A stretch of DNA of 64,000 nt, taken from NCBI GenBank assembly GCA_050506795.1, contig JBJHCF010000001.1:128001-192000 (forward strand), in the 5' to 3' direction. Position numbers and translations under genes: made by a program. Below, piece after piece: positions 29,575-38,499 of this stretch; within the stretch, counting starts at the first letter, position 1, and each line of letters opens with the position of its first letter. Origin of the DNA: Opitutia bacterium (GTDB taxonomy: Bacteria; Verrucomicrobiota; Verrucomicrobiia; Opitutales; T3Sed10-336). Below the pieces are notes generated by a model. It saw only the letters and a list, made by a program, of their open reading frames with translations. It did not search any database and was not told the origin of the DNA.

Positions 29575-30774
29575 ATGAAAGACGCCGCCATTGAAAAAGT
29601 CATCCAGGCTCTCAACGGTCTGGAAATCGAAATTCCCAGTTGGGGGTTCGCCGATACCGGCACCCGTTTCGGCAAGTACCTGCAGGACGCCGCCGCCATC
29701 GACCTGAACGATAAGCTGTCGGACGCCGGACAGGTCAATCGCTACGCCGGCAACTGTCCCCAGGTTGCGGTGCACGTGCAGTGGGACTTCGACGACCAAA
29801 CGCGTCCCTCGGATGTTGTTGAGTTGGCCGGAAGGCACGGTGTGCGTATCGGGTCGATCAACCCCAACTTGTTTCAGGATCAATGCTACAAGTACGGTTC
29901 GTTCGGCAATCCCGACCCGGCCGTGCGCGAGAGGGCGGTCAAACACGTGGTCGATTCGATTGAACTCGGCCGGGAGGTGAAGAGCAAGGTGGTCACGTTG
30001 TGGTTCGCCGACGGCACGAATTACCCGGGGCAGGACAGCATTCGGGACCGCAAGCGCCGTTTCCAGGACTGCCTGCAGGTTTGTCACGAGAAACTCGGCC
30101 ACGACCAGACACTGCTGGTCGAGTACAAACCCTTTGAACCCGCCTTTTATCACACCGATATCGCCGACTGGGGCATGTCCTATGTGCTCTCCAAAAAAGC
30201 CGGTCCGCAGGCGAAGGTGCTGGTCGATACGGGGCATCACTACCTGTCGCAGAATATCGAACAGATCGTGGCCTTTCTCCTGGATGAGGAGATGCTGGGC
30301 GGCTTCCACTTCAACGACCGGCGTTACGCCGATGACGACCTCACTCTCGGGTCCATAGACCCCTACCAGATCTTCCGTATCTTCAACGAGATTCTGGCCT
30401 ATCGGACGGAAACGGGAAGTGTGCCCGATATCGCCTACATGGTGGACCAATCGCACAACCTGAAACCCAAGATTCAGGCCATGATCCAGACCGTGGTGAC
30501 CGCGCAGGAAATCTTCGCCAAGGCGGCATTGGTCGATCGTGAGGCTTTGGCAAAGGCGCGCAAGGCCGCCAGTGAAATCGACGCCGAAGAATGCCTCCGC
30601 CGGGCGTTCTTCACCGACGTCACTCCGGCACTGCACACCTGGCGCAAATCACGCGGTTTGTCGGAAGACCCGCTCGGCGCGTATCGGGAAAGTGGTTACG
30701 AAGCTGCCGCCGGCAGGGAGCGCGCGCAGCGACGTAAAGACCTCGGTCTTGGTTCCGGCGGCTCCTACGCCTGA
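29575..30774 (+). CDS. rhaI: L-rhamnose isomerase (RhaI type)
   Basis: IPSWGFADTGTRF, WFADGTNYPG, EYKPFEP, DTGHH, HFND..YADDDL. Confidence 0.88.
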   Translation: MKDAAIEKVIQALNGLEIEIPSWGFADTGTRFGKYLQDAAAIDLNDKLSDAGQVNRYAGNCPQVAVHVQWDFDDQTRPSDVVELAGRHGVRIGSINPNLFQDQCYKYGSFGNPDPAVRERAVKHVVDSIELGREVKSKVVTLWFADGTNYPGQDSIRDRKRRFQDCLQVCHEKLGHDQTLLVEYKPFEPAFYHTDIADWGMSYVLSKKAGPQAKVLVDTGHHYLSQNIEQIVAFLLDEEMLGGFHFNDRRYADDDLTLGSIDPYQIFRIFNEILAYRTETGSVPDIAYMVDQSHNLKPKIQAMIQTVVTAQEIFAKAALVDREALAKARKAASEIDAEECLRRAFFTDVTPALHTWRKSRGLSEDPLGAYRESGYEAAAGRERAQRRKDLGLGSGGSYA

Positions 30775-31526
30775 CCGTCCTGACAGCGGTTCTCCCGGAA
30801 AAGCCGGATCGCGGTGGTCACGGCGATCACCTGGGCTTCGATACGGGTTTCGAGCGGAAGTGCGCTCGGAGTTTCGAAGGTGTAGGACAAATGAGGGTAC
30901 AGAGTGACGTGATAGATCGCTTCGGGCCAGTTGTCCGGTTCGTCCGGATGGGGAGGGTGCCGTATGACTCCCGGCGCCGCGGTGCGATGGCTGTCAAGTT
31001 CGGACCGCTTTTCGGGCGGGATGACCGGGCTGACCGCGTGCACGATTTCCTCGCCGTAGCGCGGACGCCCGGCGCAGTCGATTTCATAGAGGTAAAACCC
31101 TTCGGTTTCCCAATCCTCATGCATGGATAGGTAGAGGTCATTGGGCGGAATGCTCCCCAGCCATCTGGCATGTTCGGCTGCCTCGACCGTCCTCAGGCTG
31201 CGGTAATCCCGATTCAGGTCGATCCCTTCGGGGGTTTCCCGGATGCCGGCGGCGTAGCCGCGGGGATTCAGCAGGGGACAGAGGGTCAAATGGACCGACG
31301 ACGAAAGGGCGTCAGTGGACAGCAGGCGTTCCATCGCCAGCGGCCCGGCGGGCTCGTCGCCGTGAATGCCGGACGAAAGGTACACCCGCGGCGAGCCGGG
31401 TTCCGCGGGGCGAACGAGTCCCAACAGGGGCAGACCCCCGCTTTCCCCCCACTGGACCACATTAAAACCGCCCCGGCGAGCCAGGTTCGCCAGCGAAATC
31501 AGCCATTGTTCAACCGGTTCGCTCAT
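30765..31526 (-). CDS. M14 metallocarboxypeptidase / succinylglutamate desuccinylase family protein
   Basis: GIHGDE, NP.G, DLNR, SMHED, TFETPS. Confidence 0.85.
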   Translation of the reverse strand: MSEPVEQWLISLANLARRGGFNVVQWGESGGLPLLGLVRPAEPGSPRVYLSSGIHGDEPAGPLAMERLLSTDALSSSVHLTLCPLLNPRGYAAGIRETPEGIDLNRDYRSLRTVEAAEHARWLGSIPPNDLYLSMHEDWETEGFYLYEIDCAGRPRYGEEIVHAVSPVIPPEKRSELDSHRTAAPGVIRHPPHPDEPDNWPEAIYHVTLYPHLSYTFETPSALPLETRIEAQVIAVTTAIRLFRENRCQDGQA

Positions 31527-31570
31527 TCATCTCTTCGAATAAGACATCGCGCGGAAAGGCAGGGCCGTGT

Positions 31571-31915
31571 TCAACCCGGAGGCCACGCCAGTTTTCGGCC
31601 TCCCAGTAGATGGACGTGGAGGTGAGGAACCGCTTCTCCTCCGTGAGGGCCGTTATTGACCACCACCCGAAACCCTTCATCCAAGCCGAGTTTTTTTGCG
31701 GTCCGGGCGGCGATCAAGAGCAGGTGACCCAGTAATTCGGCGTCTTCGGCCTGAGCCTCGGCGATTCGGGGAATCGGCTTCCGGGGAACCACCAGGACAT
31801 GCGTTGGCGCTTTCGGGTCGATGTCCCGGAAGGCGATGCAGCGTTCATCCTCATACTCGATCTCGGCGGGAATTTCTCGATCGATGATTTTGCTGAAGAG
31901 AGATTTTTCGCTCAT
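31571..31915 (-). CDS. hinT: histidine triad nucleotide-binding protein
   Basis: LFSKII..EIPA, FRDIDPKAPTH, HLHVH, GGRKLAWPPG. Confidence 0.93.
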   Translation of the reverse strand: MSEKSLFSKIIDREIPAEIEYEDERCIAFRDIDPKAPTHVLVVPRKPIPRIAEAQAEDAELLGHLLLIAARTAKKLGLDEGFRVVVNNGPHGGEAVPHLHVHLLGGRKLAWPPG

Positions 31916-32124
31916 ATCGCCCAGTTTGGGCGCGGCGCGGCGGCGACGCAAGTCCGGGAACGCGACAGGTCGAATTGGCGGACGGTGGCGTACCCAACGC
32001 GTTAAATTGACGAATATGAATGATTTGGGGATGTGGATTCGCGGGTAAATAATGATTGCCATGGTCATCCGATTTCCCTTTTCGTAATGCCGAGTTAAGG
32101 TTACAAACTTAGAAAGCACACTTT

Positions 32125-33387
32125 ATGTCAGAATTAACAGGAAACTGCCTGGTGGCCCAATCCGGCGGCCCCACCTGCGTCGTCAACTCCAGTTTGGCCG
32201 GCGTGATCAATGAAGCCCTCAACTATGAGTGCATTGAAGAAATTTACGGGGGTCTGAATGGAATGCTGGGGATTTTGAACGAGGATCTGGTCGATCTCGC
32301 CGAGGAATCGCAGCAGACGATCCGCGGATTGCGCCACACGCCTGGCGCGGCTCTGGGCACCGGTCGATTCCGACTCCGAAAGCAGCAGGATTATGAGCGG
32401 GTAATCGAGGTGTTCGCCGCCCATAATATCCGCTTTTTCTTTCATATCGGCGGAACGGAAGCGCAGGATACGGCCGATAAAATCGCACAAACCGCCGCCG
32501 AAGGCGGCTACGATCTGCGGGTGATCGGGGTTCCCAAGACCATCGACAACGATCTGGTCCGTACCGATCATTGCCCGGGCTACGGCAGCGCAATCAAGCA
32601 CATTGCGACCACGGTCCGGGAAATCGCCTGCGACAATCACGCGATGGGGCAGGGGGACTTTGTTTCCATCGTCGAGGTCATGGGCCGCAGTTCCGGCTGG
32701 CTGGCCGCCGGGGCCGCTCTGGCCAAGGGCAAGGACCGTCCACATGATCCGCCGCATCTGATTTATCTGCCCGAGGTGGCGTTTTCCCCGGAAAAATTCT
32801 TCGAAGACGTTCAGCGAGTCCTGAAGCGCGAAAAGTTTTGCCTCATCGTGGTGGGCGAAGGGCTGGTGGACAAGGACGGGAACTACATCTCGGTCAGTTC
32901 CGGACCGGCGGACGGCTATGGCAACACCACGCCGGGCGGCGCGGGCGATTACCTGAAGAATCTCCTGGACGAATCCCTGGGACTCAAGGCTCGGACCACT
33001 CGCCTGGGATACGCCCAGCGATCGGCCGCGACGCACGCGTCCAAAGCCGACAACGACGAGGCCTACCTCGCCGGGCAAGCCGCGGTACGGGCGGCAATCG
33101 ACGGCCAGTCGGGTAAAATGATCACCCTGTTGCGCGGTGATTCCGAGCAGTATGTCTGCGAGACCGGCCTGGCGCCGCTGTCGGAATTGGCCACCGGGAT
33201 CAAGGCTCTTCCTTTGGAGTGGGTGCATGAGGACGGAGTGAGCATGAACCACCAGTTCCACAAGTACGCGCAGCCGCTGATTCAAGGTGAAATCGCAGTT
33301 CCCTACGCCAATGGGCTGCCGGTTTTCGCCGAACTGAAGCGCCGGCGGGTGGAAAAGCGCCTGGAAGCTTACGAGGTGGCCGTGTAA
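32125..33387 (+). CDS. pfkA: phosphofructokinase (probable PPi-dependent clade)
   Basis: AQSGGPT, PKTIDND, EVMGR, QRSA; the canonical GG(N/D)D motif reads GGTE. Confidence 0.88.
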   Translation: MSELTGNCLVAQSGGPTCVVNSSLAGVINEALNYECIEEIYGGLNGMLGILNEDLVDLAEESQQTIRGLRHTPGAALGTGRFRLRKQQDYERVIEVFAAHNIRFFFHIGGTEAQDTADKIAQTAAEGGYDLRVIGVPKTIDNDLVRTDHCPGYGSAIKHIATTVREIACDNHAMGQGDFVSIVEVMGRSSGWLAAGAALAKGKDRPHDPPHLIYLPEVAFSPEKFFEDVQRVLKREKFCLIVVGEGLVDKDGNYISVSSGPADGYGNTTPGGAGDYLKNLLDESLGLKARTTRLGYAQRSAATHASKADNDEAYLAGQAAVRAAIDGQSGKMITLLRGDSEQYVCETGLAPLSELATGIKALPLEWVHEDGVSMNHQFHKYAQPLIQGEIAVPYANGLPVFAELKRRRVEKRLEAYEVAV

Positions 33388-33427
33388 CGCGGATCCCTTT
33401 CTAATCCAATCGTTACCCCATGATTGT

Positions 33428-33461
33428 AAAAGCTCCGCCGGACGATTCCGGCGGAGCTTTT
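33428..33461. terminator. bidirectional Rho-independent terminator
   Basis: Perfect 15-bp inverted repeat AAAAGCTCCGCCGGA-CGAT-TCCGGCGGAGCTTTT after pfk. Confidence 0.88.
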
Positions 33462-33536
33462 GTGTGTCCGATTTTTATTGTCGTCGGGGAGCCTCAATAT
33501 ATAAATATAATCTGTTGAGTTCAGCCTGTACTGTTT

Positions 33537-35285
33537 ATGCTAGATTCTGATTTTCTTGCCCCGAGCTTGGCCAAGGCGCCAACCGGAATTCACGGTTTTG
33601 ACGAAATGACAGAAGGGGGACTTCCCCGGGGGCGGACGACGTTGATTTTCGGAGGTCCGGGATCCGGCAAGACTGTTTTTGCCTTGCAGAGCCTGGTGAA
33701 CGGCGCCCGGTTACACGACGAACCGGGCATTTTTGTCGCGTTCGAGGAGAAGTCCGCACGAATTTTGGAAAATGCGGCCAGTTTTGGCTGGAAGATGCCG
33801 TTTTTACTGGACAAGGGCATCTCCTTCGTCGACGCCCAGATGTCGCCGGATGAGTTGCGGGCTGGGGCCTTCGATCTATCCGGACTTCTCATGGCGCTGG
33901 ACGCCCTGGTGGAACGCTCTGGCGCTCAGCGGGTGGTATTCGACGCCTTGGACGTGGTGATCTCGCAACTCGACGATCCGTCCGCCGAAAGGCGCGAGAT
34001 TCATCGCCTGCACACGTGGCTTTTGGAACGCGGATTGACCGCCATTATTACGGCCAAAAGCACTCTGAACGCCGAGCTTCAGGACCGCCTCGAGTTCATG
34101 CAGTACATGCTGGATAGCACCGTTGTGCTTAGCCATAACGTGGTGGCAGGAGTGTCGCAACGCAACGTGAGGGTGGCGAAATACCGCGGCACCGCGTTTT
34201 CGGAAAACGAATCGCCGATGGTCATAGGACGGCGCGGAATGGAAGTGGCCGGGGTGGCGTCCAGAGCCGGTTCGGAACAGGTCACGCGGGAGCGCGTGTC
34301 CAGCGGGCTGCAGGGGCTTGATGACATGCTCGGCGGTGGCTACTACCGCAAGGCGGGGATCCTGATCTCCGGTTCCCCGGGAACGGCCAAGACCACGCTG
34401 GCCGGGGCCTTCGCGCAGGCTGCCTGTCAGCGGGGTGAGCGAGTGCTTTTTGTCAGTTTCGATTCGGACGCGGGCGAAGTGATTCGCAATCTCGCCTCGG
34501 TGTCGATTGATCTGACTTCTCACCTTCAGGCCGGAGCACTCGTTTTCCACACCTCGCGCACCACGGCCCGAAGCGCCGAGGCCCATCTGTTGCACATCAA
34601 ATCCATCGCGGAGGAACTGGAGCCTCATTGCCTGGTGGTCGATCCGATTTCATCGCTGGGAAAACCGGGAAACGAGGAAACCGGACACGGAGTTGTTGAG
34701 CGCCTTATCGACTGGGCGAAAGAACGTTCGATCACCGTGCTCTGCACGAGCTTACTGGCCGGCACGGATCCGGAGATCGAGGGAACGATACTCGGAGTTT
34801 CCACAATCGCCGACACCTGGATTCATCTGAGTTACTCGATTTCGGCGGGCGAACGAAACCGTGGATTGACGATTGTCAAATCCCGCGGCACCGGCCATTC
34901 CAACCAGGTGCGGGAACTCATTCTCAGAGACGACGGCCTTTCACTGGCCGAGGTTTACACCGCCGGTGGAAAAGTGCTTATGGGAACCATGCGATGGGAG
35001 TGCGAACGGGCGGACCAAGAAGAGGAACGGACGCGCCGCGCCGAATTGCGTCGCCGCGTGCGCGAAATCGAATCGGCCCGCGACGAACTGTCGCTGCAAT
35101 CGCGCAAACTGCAGGACCAGATCGAATGGTATCAATCCGAGTTCGAACGGCTCTCAGAAGATGAAAACAGCCGGCTGGCCGCCCTGGCCCGCACCAGGGA
35201 AACGGTTCACCGAATGCGCGGGGGCGGCGGAGCTTTCCACCCGACTGGAGGTCAAGAAGGACGGAAGGTGGGTGAGGATGAATAA
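33537..35285 (+). CDS. kaiC: circadian clock protein KaiC homologue (double RecA domain, long C-terminal coiled coil)
   Basis: KAPTGIHGFD, GGPGSGKT, FEE, KYRG; ERVSSG, GSPGTAKT, VSTIADTW (S/T phosphosites), KSRG.HSNQVRE. Confidence 0.95.
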   Translation: MLDSDFLAPSLAKAPTGIHGFDEMTEGGLPRGRTTLIFGGPGSGKTVFALQSLVNGARLHDEPGIFVAFEEKSARILENAASFGWKMPFLLDKGISFVDAQMSPDELRAGAFDLSGLLMALDALVERSGAQRVVFDALDVVISQLDDPSAERREIHRLHTWLLERGLTAIITAKSTLNAELQDRLEFMQYMLDSTVVLSHNVVAGVSQRNVRVAKYRGTAFSENESPMVIGRRGMEVAGVASRAGSEQVTRERVSSGLQGLDDMLGGGYYRKAGILISGSPGTAKTTLAGAFAQAACQRGERVLFVSFDSDAGEVIRNLASVSIDLTSHLQAGALVFHTSRTTARSAEAHLLHIKSIAEELEPHCLVVDPISSLGKPGNEETGHGVVERLIDWAKERSITVLCTSLLAGTDPEIEGTILGVSTIADTWIHLSYSISAGERNRGLTIVKSRGTGHSNQVRELILRDDGLSLAEVYTAGGKVLMGTMRWECERADQEEERTRRAELRRRVREIESARDELSLQSRKLQDQIEWYQSEFERLSEDENSRLAALARTRETVHRMRGGGGAFHPTGGQEGRKVGEDE

Positions 35286-35574
35286 CGGAAACGAACAGAT
35301 TTTCCGCTTGTACATCGCCGGTTCCGGAGCCAATTCCGTCCTGGCGGCGGCCAATTTGCGTTCCCTCTGTCGCACGCATCTGCCGGACCGGCACCGGATC
35401 GAGATCGTGGACGTTCTGAAGACGCCGGCGGCGGCGCTGGACAACAAGATTTTTCTCACCCCGACCCTGGTCAGGCTGTCACCAGGTCCCGAATTGCGAA
35501 TCGTGGGCAACCTCTCGGAAACGGAGATGGTCGCCGGCCATCTTGGGTTGGTCGAGCCGGAAAGACGGAAATGA
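35278..35574 (+). CDS. kaiB: circadian clock protein KaiB homologue
   Basis: FRLYIAG..NSVLAAANL, IEIVDV, TPTLVRLSP.PELRIVGNLS; ATG at 35278 overlaps the kaiC end. Confidence 0.93.
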   Translation: MNNGNEQIFRLYIAGSGANSVLAAANLRSLCRTHLPDRHRIEIVDVLKTPAAALDNKIFLTPTLVRLSPGPELRIVGNLSETEMVAGHLGLVEPERRK

Positions 35575-38411
35575 GCCGGTTCTCTCGACCGCTGGATAAA
35601 CATGCCAGGCAAAGGATAGCCGACCTGGCACGCATTCTTTGCGAGGCGGAACAGGAACTGCGCGACCTGACAGGTGACGAAATCGATGCCGTGATTCGGC
35701 CCGATGGCGCGTCGTTGCTCCTTCATGATGCTCAACGGCGTCTGCGCGAAAGTGAAGCGCGTTACAAAGCGATTATCGATGCCCTGCCGGCTGAAATCGC
35801 CTATGTGAACGGGCGGGGTGAAATCTCCTCGGTGAACGAGTCCTGGCAGCGCCTGGCGGAGCGGTGGGCCCCCGAACTGAGTGATCACGGGGTCGGGATG
35901 CCGTTCGGAGAGGTCTATTCGGTCCTGTATCCCGGAGACCATACCAGTCACTTTTTTGGAAGAGTTAATGCCGTGCTTAAGGGGAGCATTCGTGCTTACA
36001 ACGAAGAGTACCCTTGCGAGCGTCAAGGAAACCAGCGCTGGTACCGGGGCACGGCGATACCGGTTTCCGACGACGAAGCCGGCTGTGTGGTGATGCACGT
36101 TGATATCACCGAACGCAAACAACGGGAAACCGAACGGCAGCTTCTGGTGCATGAACTGGGCGAACGTATCAAGGAGCTGGGCACCCTGCACCGGGTGACC
36201 GACCTGTTTCGGAGAGAGGACCTCAACTGCTCCAAACTGTTGGAATCGGCAGTCGCCATCATACCGGAAGGGTTCACCCATCCGGAATTGACCGGCGCGG
36301 CGATAACCTATGACGGTCGAACATACCGGAGCGCCGGGTTTCCGGCAACCGGAAGTGAGCTCAATGCGGCGATGACCATCAACGGCGTCGACCGCGGGGA
36401 AATACGCGTGCGTTATCGCCCCGAAGGAAGCACACCGAATGAAGATCCGTTTCTCAAGGAGGAGCATGAACTCATCGGTTCCCTGGCGGACCTTTTGCAG
36501 GCCCACCTGAAACGAATTGAAGCCGAGGCTTCACTGGAGGAAAGCGAAAGGCGTTTTCGCCTGCTGGCCGAGTCCATGCCGCTGATCGTTTGGACCGCCA
36601 CCCCGGAAGGACGGGTCGATTACGCCAGTCCGGCCCTGTACGATTACACCGGGGTGTCTCCGGGGGCCGATCCGGGAGAACGCTGGCTTGACATGTTGCA
36701 TCCCGATGATCGCGAACGATGCATCGATGTTTGGAACGAGGCGGTCACGACAAAGGGTCATTACGAGATTGAGTACCGGATTTGGCATGCGGCGGAGGCA
36801 ATCCATCGCTGGCAGAAGGTGCGGGCGGTGCCGGCGCGAGACGTGAAGGGCCGGGTGACCAAGTGGTTCGGCACCGCAACGGACATCCACGATTCCAAAC
36901 TGATGGAGCAGGACTCACGTTCTCTTGCCGCCCGATTGACCGCTACCTTGGAGAGCATCAACGATGGGTTCTTCTCCCTGGATCGAGAGTTTCGGTTTAC
37001 CTATCTGAATTCAACCGCCTGCGACATGCTCGACGCGTCGCCCGATTATCTGGTCGGGCGCGCTTTGGATGAGGGTTTGTCGACGGAATTGGGGAAGTTG
37101 CTTCGACCGGTGTTGGAGGACGCCGTCAGTTCGGAAAAGCCGGCGGGATTCGAAGGGCGAATTCGCGCGTCTCAACGATGGCTGGCCGGGCGTGTTTACC
37201 CTTTTGGGGAAGGGGTAACTGTTTACATGCGGGACATCGGGGAACAACGTCAACTGGAGGAGCAGGTCCTTCGAAATCAACGGATGGAGAGCATCGGAAC
37301 TCTGGCCGGCGGAATCGCACACGACCTGAACAATCTGCTTACGCCGGTACTCATGGGACTGGAATTCCTGCGCGAATCCTCATCCGACACTTCGGTGGTT
37401 CCGGTTGTGCGACAGATTGAGGAGAGCGCCCGAAGAGGAGCCGGGCTGGTGCGTCAGGTGCTGACCTTTTCCCGCGGCACCTCCGGCGAACGCAAGGTAC
37501 TTTCCGTAATCGACCTGATTCGCGATGTCGAAGCCCTGGTGAAGACTACTTTCCCGAAGGCGATTACTTGTCATGTTCGCGTACCGGATGACCTGTACCT
37601 CATCGGTGATCCCACGCAAATCAACCAGGTGCTGGTCAATCTGGCGGTCAATGCCAGGGACGCGATGCCTGCCGGCGGATCCCTGGCGTTCATGGCGCGT
37701 CGTCATACTGTCGACGCACAGGAGGTGCGGCATTTTGCCGGCGCGGAGGAAGGGGTTTATGTTTTGATTGAAGTGGTGGATACCGGAACAGGCATGCCTT
37801 CGGAGGTTGTCGATCGCATCTTCGAACCTTTTTTCACCACCAAACCCCAAGGGGAGGGAACCGGCCTTGGCTTGTCCACCTCGATGGGAATCGTTCGCAG
37901 TCACGGGGGATTTGTCAGGGTTTACAGTGAGCCGGGCGGTGGTACGGTTTTCAAAGTCTTTTTGCCGGCGGCGGGAAATGTGATATCGTCGGCGAATCCC
38001 GAGCAGGGAAACGAACTTCCGCGCGGAGCCGGGGAGACCGTGCTTCTGGTTGACGATGACCGAAATGTCCGTGAAATGACGTTGCGGACACTCGAGAGTT
38101 TCGGCTACCGCGTGTTGACTGCCGAAGAGGGCGGACAGGCTTTGGATCTCGTCCGCGACCATCACAGCACGATCGATCTTCTTCTGACCGATATCATGAT
38201 GCCCGGCATGGATGGTCCGGCGTTGATTCGAACACTGCGCGAAGCAAACCCGGATTTACCCATTATCGCGGCGAGCGGACTTCCTTCCAACGAAACCCTA
38301 ACCGAGAACCTTCCGGGAGGACCGCTCCATTTTTTACCCAAGCCTTATTCCACCGAGGTTCTGCTTAAACTGATGCGTGTCGCCCTGCGTAAACGACGCA
38401 AGGAATCCTGA
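35571..38411 (+). CDS. multi-PAS hybrid sensor histidine kinase/receiver
   Basis: Three PAS domains; H-box GGIAHDLNN; N-box NARDAM; DTGTG, FFTTK, GTGLGL; C-terminal REC (LVDDD, DIMMP, KPY); ATGA overlap with kaiB. Confidence 0.95.
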   Translation: MSRFSRPLDKHARQRIADLARILCEAEQELRDLTGDEIDAVIRPDGASLLLHDAQRRLRESEARYKAIIDALPAEIAYVNGRGEISSVNESWQRLAERWAPELSDHGVGMPFGEVYSVLYPGDHTSHFFGRVNAVLKGSIRAYNEEYPCERQGNQRWYRGTAIPVSDDEAGCVVMHVDITERKQRETERQLLVHELGERIKELGTLHRVTDLFRREDLNCSKLLESAVAIIPEGFTHPELTGAAITYDGRTYRSAGFPATGSELNAAMTINGVDRGEIRVRYRPEGSTPNEDPFLKEEHELIGSLADLLQAHLKRIEAEASLEESERRFRLLAESMPLIVWTATPEGRVDYASPALYDYTGVSPGADPGERWLDMLHPDDRERCIDVWNEAVTTKGHYEIEYRIWHAAEAIHRWQKVRAVPARDVKGRVTKWFGTATDIHDSKLMEQDSRSLAARLTATLESINDGFFSLDREFRFTYLNSTACDMLDASPDYLVGRALDEGLSTELGKLLRPVLEDAVSSEKPAGFEGRIRASQRWLAGRVYPFGEGVTVYMRDIGEQRQLEEQVLRNQRMESIGTLAGGIAHDLNNLLTPVLMGLEFLRESSSDTSVVPVVRQIEESARRGAGLVRQVLTFSRGTSGERKVLSVIDLIRDVEALVKTTFPKAITCHVRVPDDLYLIGDPTQINQVLVNLAVNARDAMPAGGSLAFMARRHTVDAQEVRHFAGAEEGVYVLIEVVDTGTGMPSEVVDRIFEPFFTTKPQGEGTGLGLSTSMGIVRSHGGFVRVYSEPGGGTVFKVFLPAAGNVISSANPEQGNELPRGAGETVLLVDDDRNVREMTLRTLESFGYRVLTAEEGGQALDLVRDHHSTIDLLLTDIMMPGMDGPALIRTLREANPDLPIIAASGLPSNETLTENLPGGPLHFLPKPYSTEVLLKLMRVALRKRRKES

Positions 38412-38499
38412 TCCGGATCCTGTGGACGTTACCGTTCATCTGAAATGACTTTCGCAACTCCCCAATTGAATTCGACCGCGAATTGTGGAGGGTAGAGCT

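Noticed and set aside
34873..35277. N-terminally extended 233-aa KaiB as given in the ORF track
   Set aside because: The extension overlaps kaiC out of frame; KaiB homology starts at ATG 35278.
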